A stretch of DNA of 64,000 nucleotides, taken from positions 1,056,001-1,120,000 of the forward strand of contig OZ244034.1 of assembly GCA_965215185.1 (NCBI GenBank), given 5' to 3'. This stretch comes from Acidimicrobiia bacterium (GTDB lineage Bacteria; Actinomycetota; Acidimicrobiia; Spongiisociales; ZC4RG35). Under the pieces are notes generated by a model. That model worked only from the letters and a program-made list of their open reading frames with translations, ran no database searches and was not told the DNA's origin. How positions within the stretch are numbered: position 1 is the first letter of the stretch; each line of letters opens with the position of its first letter. Made by a program: the position numbers and the translations under genes. This document shows, in pieces, positions 23,102-33,457 of this stretch.

Positions 23102-24006
23102 CCCACCCAGGGGGACGCTCCGACCATAGGGTGGGTGCCTGGCGGCTGAATGGCTCAGTGATAGCCGTCCTGCTACTCGGGGTGGCGATTCGCCTTCTAT
23201 CACCTGCAATCTTTTTGGACATAGTGTCCTTGTGGCCGATCGCCGTGGTACTTGTGGCTTTGGGGTGGGTGGTGCAGCGAATATGGGCGGGCAGCCGACT
23301 AACCGCCGCTCCGATATTGCCGCTGTTGGTTTTTTCCTGGTTGGTGTTCTCAGCCTCGTTTTATTTTGCCGGTCTACCCAACCTGCCCTCACACAGCGCC
23401 AATCTGAGAGGCCCCCCGGTCGATCAAAGCGACTTCAGCACCCTTGCGGTGGAGATGAAAACGGGGCGTCTACTCCTGTCGCGGGGAGACGGACCCTCGG
23501 CATACCGCGTGAATGTGATCCGCCGCGGGGGTAGCGCGGGAGTGCCGGTGGCTGTGGAGAGCCGAGGAGAAAACGGCGGAGAGGTCTCGATTGTCGACGC
23601 CAGGGTACCTCTTCCCCTCGACCTCAATTCGATGGTCAAAGACAACGCTTGGCTGCGCTTTGCAGGATGGCAGGTGGGCTTGCATCCCCAAACCTTCTGG
23701 AACCTGACCCTTTCGTCTCCCGACCTTTCTGCCGATCTGCGACAGCTTCAAGTAGTTGGTCTGGTGGCAAACGGCGGGGGTACCATCAAAGTGGGTGAAC
23801 CGACCGGCCCGATGGGGATCCTGATCAACGGAGTTTTCACCATCGAAGTCCCCGACCAGGCTCCCGTGGAGGTGGCCGGAGTGGCAGTGGTCCCCGAAGA
23901 CTGGATGGTAGAAGATGATATGGCCTGGTTTGGAGAGCGAGGGGCCGGGTGGCACATCGAGATTTCCGAAGGTGGGTCGGCCCAGATCATCACCAGTACC
24001 CAATAG
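23098..24006 (+). CDS. Hypothetical membrane protein (LiaF-like N-terminal TMs, beta-rich C-domain)
   Basis: Coupled ORF (GTGA overlap); LWPIAVV TM motif. Confidence 0.6.
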   Translation: MTHPGGRSDHRVGAWRLNGSVIAVLLLGVAIRLLSPAIFLDIVSLWPIAVVLVALGWVVQRIWAGSRLTAAPILPLLVFSWLVFSASFYFAGLPNLPSHSANLRGPPVDQSDFSTLAVEMKTGRLLLSRGDGPSAYRVNVIRRGGSAGVPVAVESRGENGGEVSIVDARVPLPLDLNSMVKDNAWLRFAGWQVGLHPQTFWNLTLSSPDLSADLRQLQVVGLVANGGGTIKVGEPTGPMGILINGVFTIEVPDQAPVEVAGVAVVPEDWMVEDDMAWFGERGAGWHIEISEGGSAQIITSTQ

Positions 24007-24327
24007 CAGGGCATCCCCACAAATCAAATACCCGACACGCTAAAGCCGCACAAACATCCCTCTGACCTAACTCCACGCCACCTTCCCTGCCAAGAATCCT
24101 CGGGCAAGCTTGCTGCTTTCCGGCAGTGGCCGCCCCCCACCACTCTGTTGGCCAAAACGCCCTTAAGCACGCCTCCTAGAACACCTTTTTGGGAGCAACA
24201 CCGACTCTAACCACCCCGAACGACTCGTCGGATTAGATAGGGGGGTTCTCAGCTACAGGTCAAAAAAGAAGACTAAGGGGAAGGGCTCAAGCTGCTTCGA
24301 AACCTTTCGCCAACCTGGGGTGTCTGT

Positions 24328-25104
24328 TCACGGCAGAGGAGTGACATAGGAGGCGGTCAAACCTCCGTCCACCATGAAATCGGCGCCGGTGACAAACGAG
24401 GATTCGTCGGACGCCAGCCACAGAGCGGCCTGGGCTACCTCTGCTGCCTCCCCGAACCTGCCCATTGGGATATGGATCAGCCTGCGTTGTTTCTTCTCGT
24501 CAGTGTCGAGATACTGCATGAGCAACTCGGTGTGCAGCGGTCCCGGACAAAGTGCGTTCACTCTGATGTTCTCCTGGGCGTGGACCACCGCCAGTTCCCT
24601 GGTCAGCGAGAGCACCGCTCCTTTCGAGGCGGTATAGGCCAACTGCGGCGTGGCTGCTCCCACTTTTGCCACAAACGAGGCGGTGTTGATGATTGAACCG
24701 CCGCCGGAACGTCGCAGAGCAGGAATTCCGTACTTGCAGCCCAGGAACACTCCCTTTACGTTGACCGAGAAGGTGAAGTCCCATATTTCCTCGGTGGTCT
24801 CCACCGCATCCGAATCCTCGGGGTGGCTGACACCGGCATTGTTGAACAGCACATGCAAACCTCCGAAAGCCTCCTCAGTCTTCTGCACCATGGACCGGCA
24901 ATCGGCGTCCCGGCCGACATCGGCACGAACCGCCACCGCCCGGCCACCTGCTACGGTGATGGCCGCCACCGTCTCGGCCACCGTTTCTTCGTCGATGTCC
25001 ACTGCGGTCACCGCCGCTCCTTCCGAAGCGAACAGGCAAGCCGCCCGGCGGCCGATACCAGATCCGGCTCCGGTTATGAGAGCTACTTTGCCACTAAGCC
25101 GCAT
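24328..25104 (-). CDS. Short-chain dehydrogenase/reductase
   Basis: TGAGSGIG, NNAG, YTASKG and NALCPG. Confidence 0.92.
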   Translation of the reverse strand: MRLSGKVALITGAGSGIGRRAACLFASEGAAVTAVDIDEETVAETVAAITVAGGRAVAVRADVGRDADCRSMVQKTEEAFGGLHVLFNNAGVSHPEDSDAVETTEEIWDFTFSVNVKGVFLGCKYGIPALRRSGGGSIINTASFVAKVGAATPQLAYTASKGAVLSLTRELAVVHAQENIRVNALCPGPLHTELLMQYLDTDEKKQRRLIHIPMGRFGEAAEVAQAALWLASDESSFVTGADFMVDGGLTASYVTPLP

Positions 25105-25138
25105 AGATCCACAGGTTATCCGGTTATAGTCCCAGCTA

Positions 25139-25810
25139 ATGACGATTCCCGATTTCACCCTCGACGACCAGGCGGGACAACCCTGGCGGTTGGGCGAGCA
25201 TCTGGATGCGGGGGTGGTGTTGGTTTTCCTGCGGGGTGATTGGTGACCCTACTGCAATGGCCAGTTGGCCAGCCTGGCCCAACGCCACGAACAGATCTTG
25301 GCCGCCGGATTCCGAGTGGCAGTGATCGATATCGACAGCCCCGCCCGCCACGCCGCCATGGTCGAGAAGCTGAACCTGCCCTTTCCGATGCTGTCCGACC
25401 CCGACCGCGGCGGGGCCATCGTCCCCTACGGGGTTGCCGACTACCAAGATCCACGCAGTTTGGCTCGCCCCGCCCTCGTGGCGGCAACTCCGGGAGGAAC
25501 CGAGGTTTATCGATTCGTGGCCCGGGACTATGCGGATCGCCTTCCCGAAGACGATCTGGTGGAAGTGCTCAACACGCAGGGGCTGGTGGCCACCACCCAG
25601 GCCCGGCCCACTCCGGGCGAACCATCTCCGGGCCCCCGGGCCATGCCGGTCAGAGCCATGATCCCCTACTTTCGGGGCGGTCGTTTCGCGGCGTTGGCCC
25701 TGGGGCTGCGACATCGGCATGTATCGGAGGAATTCAAAGCGGATGCCAAAGCCTTTGTGGCCGAGATGGATCGCTACGCGGATGCAATCAAGAAGCTGAG
25801 ATCGCCCTGA
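25139..25810 (+). CDS. Peroxiredoxin-like (AhpC/TSA) selenoprotein, UxxC motif
   Basis: MTIPDFTLDDQAG...VLVFLRGDW-[TGA 25244-25246]-PYCNGQL continues in frame into ORF 25265..25810 (LPFPMLSDP). Confidence 0.8.
25258..25280 (+). promoter_or_regulatory. Candidate bacterial SECIS hairpin
   Basis: GGCCAG-TTGGCCAGC-CTGGCC stem-loop starting about 12 nt after the in-frame UGA. Confidence 0.5.
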
Positions 25811-25883
25811 GAGACAAGGCGACCCAGTCAGACCGCTCGGTATTCAAAACACCGAACCGCCGCAGGTACCCTAGAGGTTTCTG

Positions 25884-27107
25884 ATGCCCACTATCACCGA
25901 CGGCACACGTCTCAATCGGATAGTGGTGACAATCTGGGGGACCATCGGCACCCTGATTTTGACGGGCTTCGTGGTATGGATGGCGAGGGAGGTACGCATC
26001 ATTTGGCTGCCTCTGGTATTCGCCATCGGTATCGTCGTAATCCTCAACCCGGTGGTAAGTGTGTTGCATCGGCTGCGGTTACCCCGACTGGTCGGGGCAG
26101 CAACCGCCTACCTGCTCTCCCTGGTGGTGCTGGTCGGCCTTGGGTCGGCGTTGAGTGTGACGGTGGTGCAGCAGGCCGAAGAGCTGGCCGACCAGCTACC
26201 GGAGATCTATCAGGCCATCTATAGCCAGGTGAACGCGGTGGCCGACCGGCTGGGACTGGCCATCAGCATGCCCGAAAGCGCCGAGCAGATTAGCGAATGG
26301 CTGCGTAGCAACCTGGGGGGACTCGCCGACTCCCTGGGCGGCGAAGGAAACGGTGATTTAGGCGGTTTCTTTTGGCGTCTGCTGGGTGGAGTGGCCGAGG
26401 CGGTGGCGGTGATAGTCCTCGCTCCGGTGTTGGCCTTCTATCTTCTCATCGATCTGCCGCGGCTGCGATCACTGCTCTTGAGTCTCACACCCCACCGACA
26501 CAAGGAAGAACTGGTATACCTGATTGGTGCCATCAGCTCCACTGTCAGCCGGTTCGCCCGGGGACAGCTATTGGTGGCGACCATCGTGGCAATCCTGGGG
26601 AGCCTGGTGATGTGGGGCCTGAGTCTGCCCTTCTGGCTGATCGTGGGGGTGCTTTCGGGGGTGCTGAATCTCATTCCCTTCGCCGGTCCGGTAGCCGGCG
26701 CCGCCCTGGCCTTTTTGATGTCGCTTCTAGTGGGAAAACCGTTCACTGGCCTGGTGGCCATCCTTCTGTTCACCGCCATCCAACAGTTCGATAACCATCT
26801 CATCACCCCGCTTGTCCAGAAGTCCCGGGTTAAGCTCTCAGCCTTCACAATTGTGTTGGCCCTGGTGGTGGGCGCCTCGGTGGCAGGTTTTCTGGGGGTG
26901 CTGACCGCGGTTCCCGCTGTCGGCCTGTTCCGTCTGTTGGCTGGCCATTTCTGGCGCACTCGCGTCTTGGGTGAGGATTGGCATCAGGCCCGGGAGTCGA
27001 TCATCACCGACATCCGTCCACCGGCATGGTGGAGTAGAAGAGGCAAGCGGAAACCAGAAGAAAAGAGCGCCGGGCCTCCTTCGGAAGATCCCGACAGCGC
27101 AGCCTAA
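25884..27107 (+). CDS. AI-2E family transporter (PerM-like)
   Basis: Multi-TM; FARGQL, NLIPFAGP, QQFDNHLITP. Confidence 0.88.
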   Translation: MPTITDGTRLNRIVVTIWGTIGTLILTGFVVWMAREVRIIWLPLVFAIGIVVILNPVVSVLHRLRLPRLVGAATAYLLSLVVLVGLGSALSVTVVQQAEELADQLPEIYQAIYSQVNAVADRLGLAISMPESAEQISEWLRSNLGGLADSLGGEGNGDLGGFFWRLLGGVAEAVAVIVLAPVLAFYLLIDLPRLRSLLLSLTPHRHKEELVYLIGAISSTVSRFARGQLLVATIVAILGSLVMWGLSLPFWLIVGVLSGVLNLIPFAGPVAGAALAFLMSLLVGKPFTGLVAILLFTAIQQFDNHLITPLVQKSRVKLSAFTIVLALVVGASVAGFLGVLTAVPAVGLFRLLAGHFWRTRVLGEDWHQARESIITDIRPPAWWSRRGKRKPEEKSAGPPSEDPDSAA

Positions 27108-28291
27108 ATCTGATCCACCGTCCTCTTCACAAAGCGTCGGTTGACCGAAAAGGGAGACTCATCCAGACGGGCGGTCAGCAGATCGGCCAGTATTCGCCCA
27201 GCGGCCGGGGACCCCATGATTCCGTGTCCCGAGTAGCCGGTGTTGACCCACAGTCCCTCCACCGAGGTCTCTCCGATCAGCGGCCTATGGTCGGGAGTCA
27301 TCATGTACTGACCGGAATGAACCATCCACCGCAGTTCCCCTCGCCACCAGGCCTCGGCCCAGAAGGGACTGATTCGAGCAACCGACTCCGCACGGGAAGG
27401 GTCTAACACCCCAAACGCTATGTCGGAGTCGGGGGGGACATCTTCCACCGGTTCAATGCTCGCCCCGCGGGGGGCAGCATCCAACGCGTAGGCTCCCCGA
27501 AGCGCCGGTCGCCAGTGTGCGCCGGTGTCGTCATCAATGGTCATGGGAGCATCAGGCGGCACGCGGTCCAAGTGCGGAACCACCACCTTATGCCGGGGTT
27601 TCACCTCTACGGGCAGTTCCACGCCCAACATCTGGGCCAGTTTCCCCGAAAAGGGGCCCGCGGCGATTACCACCTGATCGGCTAAAAAAGTGCCCCGGTT
27701 GGTATCGATTGTGAAACCACCCGAAGCCACAGCCTGCATCGACACCACCCGGCAGGAGGTGTGGAGGGGAGCCTGTGAGGCTCTCAGCAACCCCAGGGTC
27801 AAAGCCTGCGGATCGACGAATCCGTCACCTGCCCGGTAACGGGCATGCACCACCTCGTAGCTCAGATAGGGGAACCTACGGCGGGCCTCCCGGCCAGTCA
27901 GCGTCTCGATGTCGGTTTGTCCCCAGGAGTGCTGAAGAGCCACCAGTCGGCGTTGCTCCTCGGCTCGTTCAGCCGAGGTGGTGGCCCACAAATACCCGGG
28001 CTGACGGATCGCCAACGGGCCGGAATCCTGCCCGGTGACCTCGGTGAAGTTGAGTATCAGTTCCACCGATTCCCGCACCAACTCGGTCTCCTCCAGGTTG
28101 TCGAATTGCAACCGGAAGGCGCCGGTGGAAGCCGGGGTGGTGAGAGAGGCCGCGGCAGGGCGAGCTTCCAGCACCACGGCAGACATTCCGGCCCGCGCTG
28201 CCCAAAAAGCCGTAGAGGCACCCACAACACCCGCGCCTATCACCACCAGTTCCGCTCCGGAGGGAAGCGGATCGGTCGAGGAGGTTCCCAT
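27104..28291 (-). CDS. FAD-dependent oxidoreductase (DAO/sarcosine oxidase beta-like)
   Basis: VIGAGVVG, TPDHRPLIG, GYSGHGIM. Confidence 0.88.
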   Translation of the reverse strand: MGTSSTDPLPSGAELVVIGAGVVGASTAFWAARAGMSAVVLEARPAAASLTTPASTGAFRLQFDNLEETELVRESVELILNFTEVTGQDSGPLAIRQPGYLWATTSAERAEEQRRLVALQHSWGQTDIETLTGREARRRFPYLSYEVVHARYRAGDGFVDPQALTLGLLRASQAPLHTSCRVVSMQAVASGGFTIDTNRGTFLADQVVIAAGPFSGKLAQMLGVELPVEVKPRHKVVVPHLDRVPPDAPMTIDDDTGAHWRPALRGAYALDAAPRGASIEPVEDVPPDSDIAFGVLDPSRAESVARISPFWAEAWWRGELRWMVHSGQYMMTPDHRPLIGETSVEGLWVNTGYSGHGIMGSPAAGRILADLLTARLDESPFSVNRRFVKRTVDQI

Positions 28292-28359
28292 CGTCAGAAA
28301 ACTAGCCGATGAGATGGCAAAGACACAAAGAACCCGCCGCGCAGTTAGCCTTGTCTGGC

Positions 28360-29091
28360 ATGAGTCGCGGAGGAGTCGCCCCCACCGAAGAGTTGGCCGC
28401 GCATGACGCCTATTTGGTGAGCGCAGAGGGGGTGATTCGGGAAGTCGTGGAAGAAGGAGTGGTACTCGACCGAACGCCCTTTTACGTCCGAGGAGGAGGG
28501 CAACCGGGCGATACCGGGGTAATCAGATGGCATGAGGGGGAGACGCAAGTCACCAACACCATCCGCCGAGGGGGAAGGGTAATCCATGTGGTACCCGAAC
28601 CGGGTTTGCTGGAGCCTGGCGTCCCGGTTGAGTCCACCATCGACTGGGAGCGTCGTTACACGATCATGCGCACTCACACCGCCCTCCATGCGCTGTCGGG
28701 AATAGTGTGGCGTGATTACAGAGCGAAGGTGACCGGCGGCGACATGAAAGAGGGGACTGCCCGGATGGACTTTGAGTTGGAGGGGATCTCCCAGGAGTTC
28801 GGGCGCGAAGTCCAAAAACGCCTCAACGCCGAACTGGTCAAGGGATATCCCGCCGAAGTGTTATGGATGGCTCGCGCCGAAGCGTTGCGCGATCCTGATC
28901 TGATCCGCACCAAAGTCAACCTGATTCCCGAATGGGTACAGGACATCCGGGTGATAGACATAGTGGGGCTCGACCGACAGGCTGACGGCGGAACTCATGT
29001 CCGCTCCACCTTGGAGGTAGGGGAGGTGGCAGTCGTCAAAACGGAAAGTAAAGGTCGGGCCAACAAACGCATGCGCATCGCCCTCGTCTAG
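28360..29091 (+). CDS. Alanyl-tRNA editing protein AlaX
   Basis: LDRTPFY..GGGQPGD, MRTHTALH, QADGGTHV. Confidence 0.9.
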   Translation: MSRGGVAPTEELAAHDAYLVSAEGVIREVVEEGVVLDRTPFYVRGGGQPGDTGVIRWHEGETQVTNTIRRGGRVIHVVPEPGLLEPGVPVESTIDWERRYTIMRTHTALHALSGIVWRDYRAKVTGGDMKEGTARMDFELEGISQEFGREVQKRLNAELVKGYPAEVLWMARAEALRDPDLIRTKVNLIPEWVQDIRVIDIVGLDRQADGGTHVRSTLEVGEVAVVKTESKGRANKRMRIALV

Positions 29092-29661
29092 ATGTTTGAT
29101 CTGATCGTATTGGCGGCCGGGGGCCTGTTGGCCCTGCGGGGCTGGCGGCGTGGACTGCTTCGCCAATTGGCCACGCTGCTCCCTTTTGCTCTCGGCTTGC
29201 TGATTGTGGTAAGGCTGACTCCTAGTTGGGCGACGGTGGTCGAGGAATGGCTGGGCATTCCCTACGGAGCCGCTCTGTTTCTGGTAGGGGTGGCACTGCT
29301 CGCCGCGGTGGGAATCGGGGGATGGATGGTGCTTCATGCCTTGGCGAGGGTGGCCAGATTCCCCGGCTTGAACACCGCCGATCGGGTGGCCGGCGCCATC
29401 CTGGGGGTGGTATGGCTGGTGATAGGGATCATGGCGCTGACATGGTTCGCATCGTTTCTGTCCCTTCCCGACAACGTGACGTCGATGCTGTCAGAATCGA
29501 GCGCAGTGGAACGCATTGCGGAACCCGACAGCCTGCCGCGCCGGGTTCTCGATGCCCTCACCAAGAACAGTTGGGGGCAGATGTTGCTCAAGGTGGAAGA
29601 TTTGTCCGGATCAGTCGACGACCTTCTCAAGGACCTGTTGGGGGAACAAACGCCCACCTGA
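29092..29661 (+). CDS. CvpA family protein
   Basis: MFDLIVL...GWRRGLLRQL and DRVAGAILG. Confidence 0.8.
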   Translation: MFDLIVLAAGGLLALRGWRRGLLRQLATLLPFALGLLIVVRLTPSWATVVEEWLGIPYGAALFLVGVALLAAVGIGGWMVLHALARVARFPGLNTADRVAGAILGVVWLVIGIMALTWFASFLSLPDNVTSMLSESSAVERIAEPDSLPRRVLDALTKNSWGQMLLKVEDLSGSVDDLLKDLLGEQTPT

Positions 29662-29662
29662 T

Positions 29663-30352
29663 ATGAGCGAACTTGCCAGGAACATGGAGGAAGCGATCGT
29701 GGAGGTCTTTTCATCCCATCGTGATCCCTGCCGAGCGGAGGGGATGAGCGCCTACATGAAACACCGCTTTCCCTTCTTGGGTATCTCCTCTCCCGAACGC
29801 CGTCGCCTGGCCCAGATCGCCCTTGCCGGCATGCCGCGACCCCAGGAGCGCGACTTGGCAGAATTCGCCCATTCCTGCTGGCGGCGCCCCGAACGAGAAT
29901 ATCAATATGCGGCGATCGACCAATTGCGCAAGGCAACCAAACGCCTACCCGAGGATTTTTTGACCGAACTGCGCTGGATGATTGTCACCAAACCCTGGTG
30001 GGATTCCTGCGATCCTCTCTCCAGCACGGTAGTGGGGGGGATAGTGAAACGTTTCCCCGCCTCGGCCGCGATGATGGAGGAATGGATTCGTGACGAGGAC
30101 CTTTGGCTTCGCCGGGCTGCGCTGTTGCATCAACTCAAATGGAGGGAAACCTGCGATCAGGACAGATTGTTCCGATTCTGCTTGTCGGCCATGGAAGAAA
30201 AGGATTTTTTCATTCGCAAGGCAATCGGATGGGCGCTCCGCCAACACGCACGCGTCGCACCCGAGCCAGTAATCCGGTTTCTGACCACTAACCGCTCCCG
30301 GATGTCGGGGCTCTCCTTTCGGGAAGCCGCCAAGCATCTGGACCTATCCTGA
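29663..30352 (+). CDS. DNA alkylation repair protein (AlkD-like)
   Basis: AYMK...FLGI, EREYQY, WWDSCD, FFIRKAIGWALR. Confidence 0.9.
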   Translation: MSELARNMEEAIVEVFSSHRDPCRAEGMSAYMKHRFPFLGISSPERRRLAQIALAGMPRPQERDLAEFAHSCWRRPEREYQYAAIDQLRKATKRLPEDFLTELRWMIVTKPWWDSCDPLSSTVVGGIVKRFPASAAMMEEWIRDEDLWLRRAALLHQLKWRETCDQDRLFRFCLSAMEEKDFFIRKAIGWALRQHARVAPEPVIRFLTTNRSRMSGLSFREAAKHLDLS

Positions 30353-30353
30353 C

Positions 30354-30950
30354 ATGTCTTCAGTGGGACCAGGGAGCGCCGACTGGGACGACATCTATCT
30401 TGGCGACGGCAGTGACACCGAACCTTTCGACGACCAGTTGCTGGCCGACGCCTTGGAACTGATACCGGGTAGAGCCCTGGACCTGGGATGCGGTGGAGGA
30501 GGAAACGCTATCGGCCTGGCGCAGCGGGGTTGGAACACCACGGGAGTGGACTCGGCGACCAATGCCATCCGGTCCGCTCGGATCAGCGCCGAAGCCGCTC
30601 ATGTCGAGGTGCGGTTTGCCGTGGCGGACATGACCAGCTGGCCACCCGACGGACTCTACGATCTGGTGGTCTGTTCTTACTCCTTGCCTCCCCGAGGCAG
30701 AGACCGGCAAGCTCTGCTGGCTACGGCCGTCCAGGCTCTGGCTCCCGGCGGTGTACTGGTAGTGGGGGAGTGGGAAGCATCCGGTGGCCCTCCCGACCAC
30801 TTCCCCACCCTCTCGGAGTTGACCGACGCCCTTTCGGATCTTGAGATCATCAGGGCCGAGTCGGTGAACTCCGACCCTCATCTGGTCCTCGGTACATCTG
30901 CAGCCGGGTCATGGCCTTCGGTGGTGGTGACGGCCCGCCGACCTGCTTAG
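30354..30950 (+). CDS. Class I SAM-dependent methyltransferase
   Basis: ALDLGCGGG...LAQRGW.TTGVD. Confidence 0.85.
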   Translation: MSSVGPGSADWDDIYLGDGSDTEPFDDQLLADALELIPGRALDLGCGGGGNAIGLAQRGWNTTGVDSATNAIRSARISAEAAHVEVRFAVADMTSWPPDGLYDLVVCSYSLPPRGRDRQALLATAVQALAPGGVLVVGEWEASGGPPDHFPTLSELTDALSDLEIIRAESVNSDPHLVLGTSAAGSWPSVVVTARRPA

Positions 30951-31549
30951 GGACGGGGAATGCTGCGAGGACCACGGCTGGCCCACCAAGCGGCCACCAC
31001 CGCACCCAGCAAATTGGCGATCAAATCCTGCATGTTGTTGGCATAGTCGCCCACTCTGGCTTCCGAGACAGCCAAGGTGGCCAGATACTCACCAATCTCA
31101 ATCAGGGCCCCCACCGCATTGGCGCCCAGGAAAGCCACCAACGCCGCCTTCTTGCCGCTGCTGGCTTTGAGCATCCAAGCAGTCGCCTCCCAAACGGCCA
31201 GCCCTGCAGTGCCCAGTCCCAAGAAATGCACTACGTGGTCATATCCGATTCCCCGCCAGGATTGCTCGTAGAGCAACAGGTCGTCGATTACCACGTTGCC
31301 TCCCACCAGGTGACCGAAGCCGGAGACCGACAGCAACACCAGCACGTGGGTGGAGAGACGGACCCGACCATCCACATACATCACTATGGCCCCAACAGAG
31401 AGCATCCACACCAGATAGGGAAAGGCCAGCTTGGAACCTGTGCTCAGACCGTAGACCGTCCATGCCGCCACATAGATGCCCGATACCACAACAATCCACG
31501 GATGCCGACCCACACTGGTGCCGATCCGCGTTCTGCTTGGATTCATCAA
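30947..31549 (-). CDS. Membrane protein (DUF2238/YjdF-like)
   Basis: H..GG, YDHVVHF, EIGEY and DL.ANLLG motifs. Confidence 0.65.
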   Translation of the reverse strand: MMNPSRTRIGTSVGRHPWIVVVSGIYVAAWTVYGLSTGSKLAFPYLVWMLSVGAIVMYVDGRVRLSTHVLVLLSVSGFGHLVGGNVVIDDLLLYEQSWRGIGYDHVVHFLGLGTAGLAVWEATAWMLKASSGKKAALVAFLGANAVGALIEIGEYLATLAVSEARVGDYANNMQDLIANLLGAVVAAWWASRGPRSIPRP

Positions 31550-31550
31550 G

Positions 31551-31623
<73 letters not shown>

Positions 31624-31669
31624 GGTGGTGGCGGGAAACTCGGCGCGAAACTGGATGGGTTTAGGGTTT

Positions 31670-31675
31670 ATGGTA
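31670..31675 (-). promoter_or_regulatory. Outward-facing -10 box (TACCAT) in the element left end, upstream of tRNA-Arg
   Basis: TTATGGTAGTTGG is conserved in all four left-end copies (about 31668, 37113, 37427, 52852). Confidence 0.5.
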
Positions 31676-31789
31676 GTTGGGGTGGGGAGTGGGGGGTTGG
31701 TTGTTGTGCGGGTGAGGTTTGAAGTGGTGGGGGTGCTGGTTTTGGGTGTGTGGGCCGTGGTGGTCTAGGGCGGGGTGTTTTTTGGGGTG

Positions 31790-33457
31790 TTAGGCGGCTT
31801 TTTCGAGGGGTCCGGCTCGGGCGTTGGGGAAGTGGTTGCCGTGCCAGCGGGTCATGTCTTTGCCGGTGCGTGCGTGGTGGGCGACTAGGGCAGTGTTGGT
31901 CTGGTACAGGCTGTAGGCGATCCAGTTGAGTTTCAGGCTGTTTTTGTCTTGGGTGCGGAGCCGGTCGTAGTCCAGTTGTCTTTTGTAGGTCGCGAAGTGC
32001 GATTCGATGTCTTGTCGGATTCCATACAAGGGTTCGAAGAGGGGATCTGTTTCGGGGATGGGTCGCAGGGCGCGGGTTCGGCGGGTGTGTCGTTTGGCTT
32101 GGCGTTCTTGGGGGGTGCTGTTGTTTCGGATCCAGGTGATGGCTCCGATCATGTGTGGTGGCGCGACGGGGTGGTCGGGGATTTCCCATTGGGTGTAGAC
32201 GATGTGTTTGCGGGTTCGTTTCCCGGGTTTTTTGATTTGGGTGCGGGTTCGTCGGAGGGGCTGGTAGTAGGGGTGTCCGGTTCCGTCGAAGACGAGGATG
32301 GTGGGGGTGCCGTTGAGCGCGACGATGTTTTCTTCGAACTCGCCGTGTGCGGTTTTGAAGGTGCCGGGTCCCAGGTTGACTGCTGCGGTTTTGCCTTGGC
32401 TGGTGCGGGGTGTTTTGCTTATTGGCAGGATGCCTTGGTCCATGAGACGGTCACAGTCGGCGGAGCGCATGGCCATGTCGTAGGTGACGGCGCGTATTCC
32501 TTGGGTGAGGTGGGGAAAGTCTTTGCACATTTGGATGATCTTTTTGGTGAACAGGTTGGAGTCGGACTGTCCGGGTTGGTCGAGGATTTCCGCGAATAGA
32601 GGGATGCGTTCCTGCCGGTGGGGTCCGCGTACCACGGCGGCTACAACACAGTAGCAGTAGCCTTTTTCTTCGCCGGGCATGGGACGAACGTCGGGGTCGC
32701 AGCGATGCTTGGGTTTGTGGCCGGGCTTGCCGGGTGGTGGGTTCTTGAAGGCGGCGAGTGTAAAGGTGCCGTCACCGGCGACTATCTGGGTGGGATCGGG
32801 ACGGCTGATGGAACCGGTGGTGGGGTCTAGCAGGTCTATGAATCGGGCGGCTTCCAGGGAGGCGCCGGTGGCTGCTTTTTGCAAACGGTTGATGACCCAC
32901 GGATTCATGTAGGTTGTTCGAAAATAGTACTCGTTGTCACGGGTGGGCGGCTCTTCGGACAGTCTCCGGTTGGGATGGTCGGGCCACGCTTGTTCGGCGA
33001 CTTTTCTGAGCATGTTCCATTTTTTCTGTTCGGTGGGGAACTTCCAGTTGCGGTTGATGGTGTTCAGGTTCCTGTTCGTTGACCGTAACGAGCCGTAGAT
33101 GAAAACCGCCACTTGGAACAGGAGCCATTCGGCAGCGGTGTGCTTGCGGGGCCTGCCGCTTTTCCGGCGGTCTCCGAACACGGCCCGGATAGCGTTTTCT
33201 ATCAGTTCGCTTAGTTCCCATAGAAGCGAGTTGGACACTAGGGATGACAGGTTCTCGTCGTCTCCCCACCCGAGACCCTCCCCTTTGACGTTCCGTTCGC
33301 TGTTGCTTCCCGGAGTGTCGGACCTTTTCAATACCAGAGGTGTGTCTTCCCGTTCCTGGTAGGTGGGGTCTTCCCAAACCAAGTCGACCTGGTCTGCTCG
33401 TATCGGGTCCAGGTTGTCGTTGAACACCCGGGGACGGGCACCCTTTTTCTTACCCAC
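31790..33457 (-). CDS. Large DDE transposase (IS4-superfamily-like, about 555 aa)
   Basis: IVAGDGTF (D), AVTYDMAM (D), YGIRQDIESHFATYK = Y-2-R-3-E-6-K; GTG start at 33457 after GGAGG overlaps the upstream stop. Confidence 0.8.
   Translation of the reverse strand: MGKKKGARPRVFNDNLDPIRADQVDLVWEDPTYQEREDTPLVLKRSDTPGSNSERNVKGEGLGWGDDENLSSLVSNSLLWELSELIENAIRAVFGDRRKSGRPRKHTAAEWLLFQVAVFIYGSLRSTNRNLNTINRNWKFPTEQKKWNMLRKVAEQAWPDHPNRRLSEEPPTRDNEYYFRTTYMNPWVINRLQKAATGASLEAARFIDLLDPTTGSISRPDPTQIVAGDGTFTLAAFKNPPPGKPGHKPKHRCDPDVRPMPGEEKGYCYCVVAAVVRGPHRQERIPLFAEILDQPGQSDSNLFTKKIIQMCKDFPHLTQGIRAVTYDMAMRSADCDRLMDQGILPISKTPRTSQGKTAAVNLGPGTFKTAHGEFEENIVALNGTPTILVFDGTGHPYYQPLRRTRTQIKKPGKRTRKHIVYTQWEIPDHPVAPPHMIGAITWIRNNSTPQERQAKRHTRRTRALRPIPETDPLFEPLYGIRQDIESHFATYKRQLDYDRLRTQDKNSLKLNWIAYSLYQTNTALVAHHARTGKDMTRWHGNHFPNARAGPLEKAA

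Noticed and set aside
24007-24327. Intergenic stretch resembling an IS end or ncRNA
   Set aside because: No partner IR, ORF or recognisable RNA motif that I can support.
31668-32599. Overlapping Pro/His/Gln-rich and Gly/Val-rich ORFs (also around 37400-38500 and 39900-43100)
   Set aside because: Shadow frames caused by the strong C/A versus G/T strand bias of the transposase genes.
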